Assembly: GCA_038496445.1 (NCBI GenBank)
Contig: JALMLS010000451.1
Location: 85,380 to 149,379, forward strand
Direction: 5' to 3'
Length of the DNA stretch: 64,000 bases
Source: Trichosphaerium sp. ATCC 40318
Taxonomy: Eukaryota; Protista; Tubulinea
Part shown: positions 44,089-56,971 of the stretch, piece by piece
Numbering within the stretch: position 1 is the first letter of the stretch
Layout: the number at the start of each line of letters is the position of its first letter
Position numbers and translations under genes: made by a program
Notes under the pieces: generated by a model
Databases searched by the model: none
The model's input: the letters and a program-made list of their open reading frames with translations, nothing else
Told to the model about the DNA's origin: nothing

Positions 44089-45571
44089 ATGTTACTCACG
44101 ATAGGTATTGCTACGATCATCATCGTAATTTGGTATGTATTCAACAACAAGCCCGTTAAAAAGCGCAAAATAAACAAAGGAGATGCTGTGATCATTACTG
44201 GATGCGAGTAAGTACTGTTATTGTTACTAATGAACCAACAAACCTGTGTAGTTCTGGATTTGGCTACAAATTAACAAAACGTCTTGACAATGCTGGTTAT
44301 TTCGTTTTGTCCACGTGTTTAACAACGGAAGGAGCCAAACGGTTAAATCAAGAGACATCCAACAATGTTCTCACTTTTCAATGCGATGTAACTTCTCAGG
44401 TACGTATCTCACCAACTACAACGCACGTGTTCAGTCTGAATGCAAAAGCTATTTATTTTTGAAGAATTCTGTAAAAATTTGCCTGTACCAAAAGAAGTCA
44501 GTATCTACAATGTTATTTTGGAGACGATTAGAGCGATCATGGTCCTGAATTTTGCTGCTAGGAGGATGTTGATCGGACGTTTGGCGAAATTTGTGCTGCT
44601 TGTGATGAAAATTCATTGACGGTAATATCATTGGTGAACAATGCAGGCATAGTTATTGGCTGGGAGTTCGACTTTGCCTCAGTATCAGATTTCGAGAAAA
44701 ACTTTTCAGGCACGTGTGGTAACATCACCAATATGAGCTTAGTACTAAATATATTTTAAAGTTAATTTTTTTGGTTTGATTAGAGTAACCAAGAAGTTCC
44801 TACGTACGCAAAATAGATAGCATTGAAACTGATTAGGTTTTAGCACTCATAAAGAAATCAAAGGGAAGAATAGTCAATGTAGGAAGTATTTCCGGTCTTG
44901 GTGGTTACCCTTGTTTAACTGTTTATGGTTCTACAAAGGTACACAGAATGGCGAAAATTTATTATCAGTGTTATTTATTAAAGAGTTAAATCGTAGTTTG
45001 CTGTTGAAGGGTTCAGTAGAAACTTAAGACTTGATATGAAGAAATTTGGAGTTAAAGTTATTATTCTCAGTACGCTTTTTTCACTGTCGAAGTTGATGTT
45101 TCTGTAGATCCTGGTGTAACTAATACACCATTGTGGCGAGCGTTACCTGATCAGTTTAAAAAACGTAACTAAATCCAATGTTATCTTCATCACTTACAAT
45201 AACCAGACTTTGATGAACACCCAGATATGAAAGAGGTGTATGGAGAAGAGTATCTGCCAAATTTTCTCGAATTAATGAAAACAAGTCCTCCTGGTGACCC
45301 TAAACATGTTGTTGATGCATTGGTACCTCAGTAAATTAAAACCTAAAATCTTTCTGACTTGTTTAGATGCTTGCTTTGACATCTCAGAATCCAAAACAAA
45401 GGTGACTTTATCTATTTTTTTCGACATTACTTTCTTATGTTGTTGTTTCTTAGATATATTGTTGGTACTGATGCCTTGTTATTTCGATGGTTGACAATGC
45501 TGCCTGACAATGTCTATGACAGTATTTTCTCATTGATGAAATTTCCAAAACTCAAGCGTATGATTGAATAA
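44089..45571 (+). CDS. Membrane-anchored short-chain dehydrogenase (RDH/BDH1-like), tandem copy 1
   Basis: TM anchor, ITGCDSGFG, LVNNAG, VNFFG, KGRIVNVGS, YGSTK. Confidence 0.92.
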
Positions 45572-45812
45572 AACCAGCATTATGACAATAACCAATCTTG
45601 TCATGTTTTATGCCATCTCAAAAAGGAATTTGCGCTAAATTTAAGTTGAATGTTAATCAGGCAACAAATGTGTCAACGTTTGCTGGGCTATCAAAGCCGC
45701 TCAATCGCTCTACCTTTTGTAAAGAATTTGTGGTATCCTCCTAAAAATCCTTTATCGTTCTAAAGAAATGAAGTGACTTGTGCATTATTTTTTGTGTTTT
45801 ACAGTGACACGC

Positions 45813-47222
45813 ATGTTACTCACGATAGGTATTGCTACTGTCATTATCGTAATTTGGTATGTATTCAACAACAAGCCCGTTAAAAAGCGCAAAATAAACA
45901 AAGGGGATGCTGTGATCATTACTGGATGCGAGTAAGCACTGTTATTGTTTCTACTGAACCAACAAACCTGTGTAGTTCTGGATTTGGCTACAAATTAACA
46001 AAACGTCTTGACAATGCTGGTTATTCCGTTTTGGCCACGTGTCTAACAACGGAAGGAGCCAAGCGTTTAAATCAAGAGACATCCAACAATGTTCTCACTT
46101 TTCAATGCGATGTAACTTCTCAGGTACGTACCTCAACGCACGTGTCCGCTGAATTAGCAAGAAGTTGTTGTTTTTAAAGCGACATCATGTTTTCTTAATT
46201 TTTACTGCTAGGAGGATGTTGATCGGACGTTTGGCGAAATCTGCGCTGCTTGTGATGAAAATTCATTGACGGTAATATCATTGGTGAACAATGCAGGCAT
46301 ATTTATTGGCTGGGAGTTCGACTTTGCCTCAGTATCAGATTTCGAGAAAAACTTTTCAGGCACGTGTTGTAACATCACCAATATGAGCTTAGTACTAATA
46401 TATTTTAAAGTTAATTTTTTTGGTTTGATTAGAGTAACCAAGAAGTTCCTACGTACGCAAAATAGATAGCATTGAAACTGATCAGGTTTTAGCACTCATA
46501 AAGAAATCAAAGGGAAGAATAGTCAATATAGGAAGCCTTGCTGGGCTTGCCGGTTTCTCTTGTTTAACTGTTTATGGTTCTACAAAGGTGCATTTGATCC
46601 TGAATATTTTATTGTTATCATTATTAAACAGTTAAACCGTAGTTTGCCGTTGAAGGATTCAGTAGAAACTTAAGACTTGACATGAAGAAATTTGGAGTTA
46701 AAGTTATTATTCTCAGTACGCTTTTTAGTTTCAACTACTTGCTGATGTTTCTGTAGATCCTGGTGGAATGAACACACCGTTATGGCGAGCGTTGCCTGAT
46801 TTGTTTAAAAAACGTAACTAAATCCAATGTTCTTCATTCACTAACTTCAAAAACCAGATTTTGATGAACACCCAGATATGAAAGAGGTGTATGGAGAAGA
46901 GTATCTGCCAAATTTTCTCGAATTAATGAAAACAAGTCCTCCTGGTGACCCTAAACATGTTGTTGATGCATTGGTACCTCAGTACATTAAATATTGAAAT
47001 CTTTCTGACTTGTTTAGATGCTTGCTTTGACATCTCAGAATCCAAAACAAAGGTGACTTTATCTATTTTTTCGAAATTACTTTCTTATGTTTGGTGTTTC
47101 TTAGATATGTTGTTGGTACTGATGCCTTGTTATTTCGATGGTTGACAATGCTGCCTGATAATGTCTATGACAGCATTTTCTCACTAGCGAACTATCCAAA
47201 GCTCAAGTGTATGATTGAATAA
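45813..47222 (+). CDS. Short-chain dehydrogenase, tandem copy 2
   Basis: Near-identical to copy 1 with the same intron positions. Confidence 0.92.
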
Positions 47223-47486
47223 ATTCAATCAAGTTATGCGACAGCACTAAACTCGTCACTTTACAATCGTGTGTTATGTCTACTTCATAAAAGGCAATTA
47301 AATGTGCTAAATTTAGGTTGATTTCTGCTAATCGTGTAAATATCGCAAACATTTGTAGGCTAATAACACACTGACAAATCATTGTTGACCATTCTGTGGA
47401 ACTTGGATTGATACATTGATCTCCCAATATTGTTTTCACAGAAAACGACAGCGTATCTAAAAAATAGCTAATTTATTTGAGTACAC

Positions 47487-48253
47487 CTAAGCATCAATCC
47501 ATTGTTTGATAGGCGCTAGAGAAATAACAGCATTGTACATCTTGCTGAGACGAGGTACAGGTTTGAGGTCGAGAGAATCAGGTACGGTCAAAGACACATC
47601 TCTTATCATTGACGCAACCAGAACATCGGCGAATGAAACCTCCTTGCCTGCATAACAGTTAACAACACTGACCAAGAACGAATTAATATTGTACCTGAGA
47701 AGTAATCACCCTCAGTTTGACCCAAGATAGTATCGAAAGCTTTCAGTTGAGTTTTTTGATACTCAGCAAACTTTTTCTTATCTCCACCTGCCAATACAAC
47801 AGGTACCCAAGCATCGCGGTAAGAAACGTACGCAGACGCGGCTCTATCAGTGTGATAGTCCTTAATGTCATCAACGCCGTATTTACCCAGTTTTTTTGCC
47901 AAGTATCTAATCATTGGTACGTGCTCGCACATGTTAAGACCTGGTTACTTGGTTAGGTGTATACAAACGAGCAATCCCCTTACCGTTTAGGTGCAAGATT
48001 GGGACACCACCAAAAGGATTTGTTCCGCTGCTAATAATCTCTTCTTTTTTAGAGCCCCAAGCGCCTGGGAAGTCAATAATCTCTTCAGTAAACTTGATAC
48101 CGTTTAATAACATGTAGAATCTAAACAGTGTTGTTAGCTGATTGTGTAGTTGTAGATAGCATACCTGACTGGACCACCGCGTCCGCCTAGTTTCCCCAGT
48201 TGAATGTAAGTGAGTTTAGGAGTACATCCGATTTTATCGTTTGCTGTTGTCAT
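47487..48253 (-). CDS. Glutathione S-transferase
   Basis: LTYIQLGKLGGRGGPVR, NPFGGVPIL, EHVPMIRYLAKKLGKYG, YFSGKEVSFADV. Confidence 0.9.
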
Positions 48254-48979
48254 TGTTGGTAGTTTTTGATTTTGATTTTTTAATGACCCTCAAAGACAGT
48301 TATTCGATTCTCCATTTAGAAATCATTCCGCGGTAAACCATTATTGTGTACTAACACGTAATACGAATAATCATGGTATGGTAAGTAATAATGTTATTAT
48401 TTTAGTTTGGGTTGGTGGTATTTGGATTCTCCTCGGGTCGCTTTCCTAATTTAGAAGTTGGCCCTCGTGATTTTTCAAAAATGGGTACACACCCACTATG
48501 TGTAATTACGTGTAATTACTAGCCGTACGCGGTAAAAATATGTATCTTCTCTTATAAAAACAAGGCTGCACCAACAACAGGAAAATCTAGCGCTGTATTT
48601 GTTATTGAAAGTCGGTTTCCCATTAACAGCGCCCTGCAAAGTGGTTTCGAGCATTGAGAAATACGGGGGCTCTTCAAATGTCTTTATTACGCTAGTTTCT
48701 GACAACAGTAGGAGTCAAACGGTAGTAAGGTAATTGTGGAGAAGCAATAAATAGCGAGGACACTTGAATACTTTTAAAACTTGGACTGTCTCACATCTTC
48801 ATCAAGGTTTAGTGTTTCGTTCATTTGAGTTTCTCGGCTGTACTAGTATACAAAGAACAATGCATCGTTTAACCATACGTTTTCATAAAACGACTAATAG
48901 TATCAAAGGACTATTCTCTTAATTTTTACAATGTTTTTCTTGTTTTGAATTATTATTCAAAAAACCATTTACCATCTGA

Positions 48980-49714
48980 ATGGAAGCACTAGATATTGTT
49001 GAAGTATGGGAAATGATTCTGACACAGTATAAAACAGCTCATTCTATCCTATATGCTGCAAGAGCAAGCCGCACATGGCTACAATCGATATCACTTACAA
49101 AACAATACATTGCCCACAAAGAAAGAGCTACAATTAAACACCAAGTCATCGATATATTCAAAAATACTACACATAGCAGAGAAGTCAAACTTTTTAGGCT
49201 TGACTATCAATTTATTGTAACAAAGAGTATCTTCAAACCTGCCAGATTTAAAACGTTAAATACAGGGCCAGAAACGATTTTGGAGGGTATTTTACTACCC
49301 TCTCACTTATTGTTTCAATACACAACAAAAGTTCAAAGAGCTGGGAGAGCAGCAACTCTTACATGTGGAGACACAACGCTCTCGCTGTGTACAACTGGGG
49401 GGCACATAGTCTTTAGTTTACGAACCGGTAACTCGCTTGCAATGGACAAAAAACCAAGGAAGAAGAAGCAAGATCTAAAACAAGTCCATGATAAATGCAA
49501 ACAGTTTGGAAACAGCCTGCTGGTAAATGTTGGACTGCTTTCTGAGGTAAACGAGTTGACTCTAAGTGATAAAGTTAGGCTATGGCTTAAACTACAAAAG
49601 GAACTTGGGCTATGTGGTGACTTTGTGTCTCTGTATTTCCCAATTACAGATGTAATGAACAAGCTGACTGAAAGAGATGTTAGACTCTGGCTCAAAAAAA
49701 TACTCAGTCAATAA
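48980..49714 (+). CDS. Intronless 244-aa protein with F-box-like N-terminus
   Basis: Single ORF with AATAAA at the stop; LDIVEVWEMIL...L..ARASRTW resembles the F-box pattern. Confidence 0.55.
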   Translation: MEALDIVEVWEMILTQYKTAHSILYAARASRTWLQSISLTKQYIAHKERATIKHQVIDIFKNTTHSREVKLFRLDYQFIVTKSIFKPARFKTLNTGPETILEGILLPSHLLFQYTTKVQRAGRAATLTCGDTTLSLCTTGGHIVFSLRTGNSLAMDKKPRKKKQDLKQVHDKCKQFGNSLLVNVGLLSEVNELTLSDKVRLWLKLQKELGLCGDFVSLYFPITDVMNKLTERDVRLWLKKILSQ

Positions 49715-49831
49715 ACCTAATATTTCGGGAATAACATCTTAAATGTATTTTGAATCCAACAAGAAAGGCATACAGTTGAATGAATCCATTTCTTTTATTT
49801 ACAAATTGTTTTTTTACAGCTTTTATATTTT

Positions 49832-52800
49832 CTACGAATCGTCTACACCCCTAGAGCGCAGTGGCCTGTGTGAAGATCGTAGGTTGATATTATTGCGTTT
49901 GATTTTCCTATGAGAGACAAGACTGGAGTCAACGCTCAATCCCTTTTTGAATGGTGCTGGTTTTCCAATCTTAGGACTTGATGATAGTCGTGGTGTTTGT
50001 TGCGGACGTTGTTTGATGGGCGATTCAATTCTTGAGCGACTATCTCCTTCATCACTTTGAATATCTGCAGAAGCACCTAACCACTCAAAGTGAAAGAATG
50101 ATTCATAGTCAATCCATTTGATATTTTTAAGTTTTTTCTTTGACTCAGAGTGTGCATAGTAAAAAATATCTTCTCCAAGTTTATGCTCTAAACGTTCTGA
50201 TATCCAGCGTAATAGAGCGAGCTCAGTGTCCTTTGTTTTTGCTGATTTGAAATCTTTAATATACCACTGTAACAAACGGGGGACGCAAATCTAAAACGAG
50301 TGTTACTAGAAAAATCAAGAAAATAACGAGAATTTGTTTGGGATTATCATCCAACACGTGAAAACAGAAAAAAAAACAAGACAATAAACGTATTTGGTGG
50401 CTTAAAATTAAAATCTTTGCATAAAAAATAGCCGAAAAAAAAAAAGGGTAGTTTGTGCACTTACTTCAACTGTCTTTCCTTTTGTATTTATGTTTACTTG
50501 CGCTTGTAAAAACACAGTTGCAGCTTCATTCATTGCTTTTTCAACACAAGAAAATTTATAAGCTCTAGGGATGCCACTTGAGAGCTCCAAGTTGGCCATA
50601 GTGAAAACCAATGATGGATATGTGCCCTTTAAACTCACTAGCTTTCTCTCATCATCTTTTGGGAACCGCACATACGTGTGAAATGGAGAAACTTTAGTGT
50701 TTGCATTTGGCCCTAACCTCTTGTCTACGAACAATAAGGACTAATAATTGAATTGCAATGTACCAACAAAAGACGGGCGTGGCATATTAGCACGTAATAC
50801 TGCAAAGTTAATTTCTCTAAGTGTAAATGGTATCTTGAAAGGACCAATTCTAGGAGTGATTAGCCCAATTAGACCAATGCGTGACTGTTATCTTGTTTTT
50901 AACAAAAGCCGTAGTTACCTGTAAGAAGCTCTCGCAAACCACTCTTCACAAGCCTAGGAAATTGTTATAAATAGTCCAAAGTGATAGCACTTACCTCTTT
51001 GTTATTTATAGGTGGTGGCCCTTGTTCGACATGCGTATGCATGTTAAGTACAGTGTAAATATTTACAAAAAAAGTCAATCTTTCCCGCTCATTTAAACTA
51101 GTGACGTTTATCTAAAATATGGTGAGAATAGCTTAAAACCTTTCATACCGTCCGTAAGAGAGCTGTATTACTCTCAAATTTTTTATAAGCTGGATCTACA
51201 ATGGCCATTTACATGATTTTATTTCAAGTAAGTAACTTACCTTGTGCTAACGTAGAGAAAGCTGCCGGTGTATCCAAAGGAGCATATTTCTTAAATAGCG
51301 CAATAATAGACTACAGCGTGTTTTAATGAAAGGTAAATACAAAATATAAAACGACTTACCTCAGCTAATCTATATGCTATTGACAATGCACTTCTCTTCT
51401 TCTTACTATTTGTGGCAGTTTTCATATTTAATCCAGCTACAACTGCCTAAAAATACAAATTAAAATAAACTAGTGCCAAGTACATCTACAAACCCTCTTT
51501 TTGTTTAATGTGCCTTTCGACACTAATCCTGCAATCATCAAAGCGCTAGGTGTAGAAGATAAACTTGAAGCTAACTATATCACTAGGATATTAGCACAGA
51601 AGAGGAATCATAACAAAATTGTTGATCTCATACTCGAACTTTTTTTTCTCCTTCGATCTTTAAAGAGTTACTGCGTTTGTACTTGCGTGACTGGCCTAAG
51701 CCAAATTCCTTAGATCCTTTTTGTTTAATCTTTGATAGCATTGAAATAGACTTGGTCTCATCTGACTTTGCTTCCCCGCTCTTTGTTCTGCCTCGTAAAC
51801 TATGAACAGGCAACTCGGATCGCTTTGTTCCTTTTTATCAACAGTTAGGAACTAAAACCAACATCCACACTGTTATAAACGCACCAAATATACGCTCAAC
51901 CTTTCTCACTTTTTTACCATCCGGTTTGGGCTTATATTGTAAAGAAGCAGTGTGACCTTTCAGCCTGCAATAAATGAGTTAGTCTCCATTACAAAAACCA
52001 AACTTGCCTTTGTTTTAAAGTGTTTGCTTCAATACTTTGATTGAATCTGCACACAAGATCATTTTCTTTAAGAGTACGTATAAGAGATTCCTCTGCTGTT
52101 TTGAAAAAATCAACATCTGTACAGCCACTGTCACGTTTTTGTTGCAACTCTTTTGAAATCGAAAACGGTAAGTTGACTTGCTCCGCAGCTCCTGAGGCAA
52201 ATGAAATAAGCGATAATCTTTAAACTCCAATAACTTTACCTTCAGAAACAAATCGGTCGTATATAGATGGAGCCAACGTAACACGAAGTTCACTATCGGA
52301 TAAACGATACTTGTTAACAGCAATAAGGAACTCAACAATCTCAATGGTTAGCAGTCGCTTACAAAATTTCTTAAAGTATGCCAGTGCTATCAAGCCAATT
52401 AACTAAGGAACGTAGTTCGACATATAAAAATAAGAGTACGTACGTAGATCAGAAGCAAGTAAATCTTCTAATGTATAATCTTCTAACTTTGTTGTAAGCA
52501 CTTTATTTCTTCGTTGCTAATACTCGATGTTAGGGAAAGCGAAAGTGTGACAATTCACTTTTATCTAACCTCATACTGCTTCATTATTTCCATAGTAGAG
52601 GTACAAACATCCTTCATTTTATTTTCTTCAATGGATTTAGTTCCATCATGCTCAGGGAGTTGTACACGTAACCACTATAATAGTAATCACTTATGGAATG
52701 CATATTGTATTAACGTACAGCTAGAAACACGTCATCATATGGATCTGAACCTTGATCAGCAAACAGCCTCATCGCTTCCATAGTAGCCTCGTTTTTTGAT

Positions 52801-53605
52801 TCATAATCATTAAAGTTGCTATCGATGATACGATGCATTTTTGCAGAAACAGAGCTTGTCAAATTGGCCCGAACAGGTCTTTTGAAAGCTTTAGAACGTC
52901 AAAATACAGATAATTGCGTACTTGGCCATCTTGTTACTTCGTAAAGCCCACTCTTCTAGTGTTTCATTACGCTGTTTTATCAACTCCTTTTTTTTGGTTA
53001 AAATTTGTAAATATTTCAGTTTAAAATAAACTGTAGATTACCTCTACTTTATCTATTTGTGCCCTGTATTGTGAACGAGCAACTGAGAAAACAGCACACA
53101 TATTTCTGTACTAAAACAAAACGAATTTGTCATTAAATTAGATTGATATGCCACAGTACCTTTTTACGGTTTACCATTTGTGCCGTAAGTTGCAATTCGC
53201 GTAATTGTACTATTAGTTCCTCTCCCATACGACTTTCCACCATATCATGGAGTCTACACATCTGAAAAGTGATTAATAATTTTTGCGTTGCTATTTTAAT
53301 ACTCTCTGGTACGCACTGAATTGAATAAGCTGCTGTGACAAAGTTGCAAAGCTAATAATAACGTAAATAAATAAATCTATCCCTTTTGTTACGTTCACTA
53401 ACCATCTAGAGCATCTAAGTATCGTTCCGTGTTGTTTAATATCTATAACAGTCAGTGATAGGTTTGTTGGAAAATATTACAATATAAATGCACAATAATT
53501 ATACACCAAGTAGCCCATACGTACCTTATTAATTTGGCCTTTGACGTTTTCGTACTCACCAGCCGTATTGTCAAACCTTTCCAAACTCGACTGCAGCTTC
53601 GCCAT
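49832..53605 (-). CDS. Multidomain protein: coiled-coil N-terminus, RGS domain, DUF547 domain
   Basis: RGS-like YFKKFCKRLLTIEIVEFLIAVNKYR...SIYDRFV...FKTAEESLIRTLKENDLVCRFNQS; DUF547-like LTFFVNIYTVLNMH, FTLREINFAVLRAN, LQWYIKDF. Confidence 0.72.
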
Positions 53606-53727
53606 GTACGCGCTTTTTGCGCTCGCCAGGTTCAAAAGAGCAAAATACACTCGCGTGTTGAGTTACGAAATAAGTCAAGCCTTTTGCTTAACGAGACCGT
53701 AAACTCAACACAACACCCACATAAACA

Positions 53728-55032
53728 ATGGACGTCGAAAACGTTGAAGACTTGATAAACTACGTGTTTGAACCAGACCATGACTTCCCTGATGTGCCAT
53801 CAAAACAAGAATACAAAAGGCTCAAGCGTGTAATGCACATCATGGTGCGCTTCTACGAGAAGGGCTCAAAGACGAAAAAGATGAATCTAGAAATTTTCAA
53901 GGCAGACGCTGAAAGAATGCTCACAGATGAGAGGATGATGCTCGAACAACTAAAAAGCCTCGAAGATTTCCCAGCTTTCCATCCAAGAAAACAAGACTAC
54001 ATTGACGGAATCAAGGACGAATTAAAGAAGCTAGGTGACTACAAGCCACAAAGCGAGAAACGAATCGTCGATACGGAAAAACTTTACAAATGGTCTTTAA
54101 AGATTGTTGAATCTGTTCATTGGCTCGAGGTACGCGTAGCATACACGAAGCGAGCGTCATTCGCTGTTTTGTCAAGTTGTAAGTGGGTTCACTTTTTTAC
54201 TTAGTCGCAACTCGGAAAATACATCCTAGAACTTTACCCAGACGCACAAGTTGACAAATTAGAGGAGAAAGAAATAACCCCAGAAACATACAGAATTTAC
54301 AAGCGTGGTCTCGATGAAATCACCTACAATCTGCAAGAATCGCAAGACTTTTTCCAAGCAAGTTTAGACGGCAGACTACAAGAATTTCATAAAATACACA
54401 AGGCAAGAAACACGCGTAACATTTTTTTTCTTTCTTACATTTGTTTTTGTAGAAAATGATTGAAGTGCAATTGAAAGCGCTAGAGAAATACCCTGATGAC
54501 AATGATAGGAAAAAAATAATTACAGAGGAGTTGAAAAAAGATATGGATTTTGTAGAGCATAACATGGTCGCTAACCCTAACAGCATGAAGCACCGTGCTA
54601 AGGTAAGTGTGATGCAATTTTTTTTGCCAACAGAACGTCATCTAATGTTGCTGTAGATGCAAGACATTCACAAAGATTTTTTTGCCGTATTGAAATGGCA
54701 ACGCGCACATCTCGTAAAAGCCGGATACGGTGAACCAGATAAACCAGGCGAGGAACCAAAACCTGTACGAGTAAAAAGGTTGAAACCAAAGCTAAAACTT
54801 CACCAAGGTCCTATTCCAACCTAGCGCTATGGGCGGTTGCCCTGTAGATCATAAATCAATGCCTAAATCTAACGGAGGATGTCCTGTAGACCACAAGGCA
54901 AAGCCAAAGGCAGCCGGAGGTTGTCCAGTAGATCATACTGCAAAAGCTGGAGAGTCAAAAGATGGACTAAAAATTCACCGCTTGTACGAAAAGGATGCTA
55001 AGGTCAAGCCTTCTCTTACTTTCGACGATTAA
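53728..55032 (+). CDS. Helical protein with three C-terminal GGCPVDH heme-regulatory-like motifs
   Basis: Five exons traced in frame; internal duplication (QLKSLEDFP / QLKALEKYP); GGCPVDH three times. Confidence 0.7.
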
Positions 55033-55161
55033 TTAGTTTCAAAAAAAGCGCATTTGACACAATTTTAATGAGTTACAGCCCAAAACTCAATTTTTTCTCA
55101 AATAAACTTAATTGTTTTTATTATAATTTACACTACTTTACACTGCTTTAATTGGTATGTA

Positions 55162-56350
55162 TTACCAATGTGTAGTACCTCTACGATCCCTTACACTGTC
55201 ATAACCATTCATTTCAATGGCATCTGTTGCTGGGAAGTAAGTCTTCAAAAGAAATTGTAATGTCCTATTTCCGAATATCAGTTTGTTTGAAAGCAAATGA
55301 ATGACAAACCTTATTTTCTTTTCTACATATTTCATATCCTCCTGCATTTCTTTAAGTTGGATCACATGCACTCTAATGCTATTTGTCATTTGGACGAACA
55401 AACGTTCACCATAATCTATAAAACGATCGACTTGTTGGTGGGTTATTAGAAATGATTTGTATCTACCAAGTGTTAAACACTACTCAGTACAGTAACATTA
55501 CTCAGTCACATAAATAGTACATTGCGTATTGATGTTCCACAATATCTGTCACTTTATCCTGAGGAATCAATCCAGATATGGTATGCTTGAGATCCAAGCC
55601 AAACCCAGGCACTAGTAGGCAGAGTAAGCACAAGGTAGTGCACAAAATTCTCGTACTAGTAAGTTTGTATATTTCTCGCACTTTAACTCGCTTGAGTTCT
55701 TTCTTTAACATCTTCACAACAGCTTGTGCGCCCTCGTAATCGAACAGTGCGATCATTTCATTGTATTGTGGTAAAAATTTTTCCCATTGTTTGTACTTGT
55801 ATCGTTGGAGTACATGTTTATCAAAGTCTCTTTGTGTAGAAGCTTCAAACAAGGTAAGACTCAAAAGCGAAAGGAATACTGCGTACTCTTAGTGAGTGAA
55901 GATATACGTGGAGGAGATGGATATGGATCAGGCAAAGCTAATCTTTGTGAGCTTCTAATCAAAAAGACTTGTCAACTTACTATTTAACATTTTTAATGTA
56001 TTAGCTCTGGGAGGTCTATACGGTGATCTAAAAGTATCTGTGCCTGGATCATACGCTACTTGTACTTTACCATAATGTCGTAACGGCAAAAACCTTGAAT
56101 GAAGTACCTGCTCCGTGCTTACCATGTAATCTAGAGAAATCAAGAAAGTTGTAGCCCACTTCTTCTCCACTTGTTTCGGATTCCAGGTCAGACGTTGCCT
56201 CTGACGACATTTTGCTGGACGTGGACTCATTGTCAGAGTGTTGCAACCATTGGTGCTTTGTACCCCTTTCTTTAATTGGATGTTAACAAAGTGAATGTTT
56301 AACACTTCAATAGCGAGACATACGCGGGGTGAGGAAGCTGTCATCATCAA
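55162..56350 (-). pseudogene. Fragmented intron-poor ORF series of unknown family
   Basis: Three consecutive ORFs (131, 120, 79 aa) separated by stops without clear consensus introns. Confidence 0.3.
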
Positions 56351-56699
56351 TTGCTCGTGGCGTTTTGAAAATTACTGGTTTGTCGTCACTTAGCTGTATT
56401 TCAGTAGTAGGTACATCTATACGTGTAAGAGGTAGCAGACGTGGTTTTTCTTACCCAAGGACGCTCGATTTGCTGTAAGTTCGCTGTCCGAGTGGTGTAA
56501 ACGCTCTTCGAGATCCTCATGGTCGCTTGACTGTTGCTCAGCATCAGACATGTTAATTTGACTAAACCAGAATTGAGTTTTAAACTTCGCACAATAAATT
56601 CAAAATTAGCTCGTTGAGTTCTATTTGAATCATCTAGTAAGATCCACGTCGTCACACACTGGTACGCACGCTAACTAGTTTACGTTTAAAAAAGCGTCG

Positions 56700-56827
56700 A
56701 GGCTTAAAACACTTCTGTAATAACCAGTATGCGATAAATTAAGCAGAGAAAATGTGTTGTACGCCTTTCTACAAAGGCCTGCCCTTGATCCGCTGGAGAA
56801 GCTAATAACTCCTCAAACAACCTTTTT
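56700..56827 (-). ncRNA. Candidate U11-like snRNA
   Basis: 5' AAAAAGG; closing helix GUUGU/ACAAC around hairpins; U-rich Sm-like AUUUUCUCUG; 3' stem GCUUAA/UUAAGC; about 128 nt. Confidence 0.35.
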
Positions 56828-56971
56828 ACTCTATTTAATCGCTATTGTGCTGGTTATTGATAAAATGCGAAGACTTCGGCGCTAACCAACTTGATTTGAC
56901 AAACAAAGAATCAACAAGCCTCTTATTTCTCGCTAATAGGTTGAATTGATACACACAGAACTAACCTCGCA

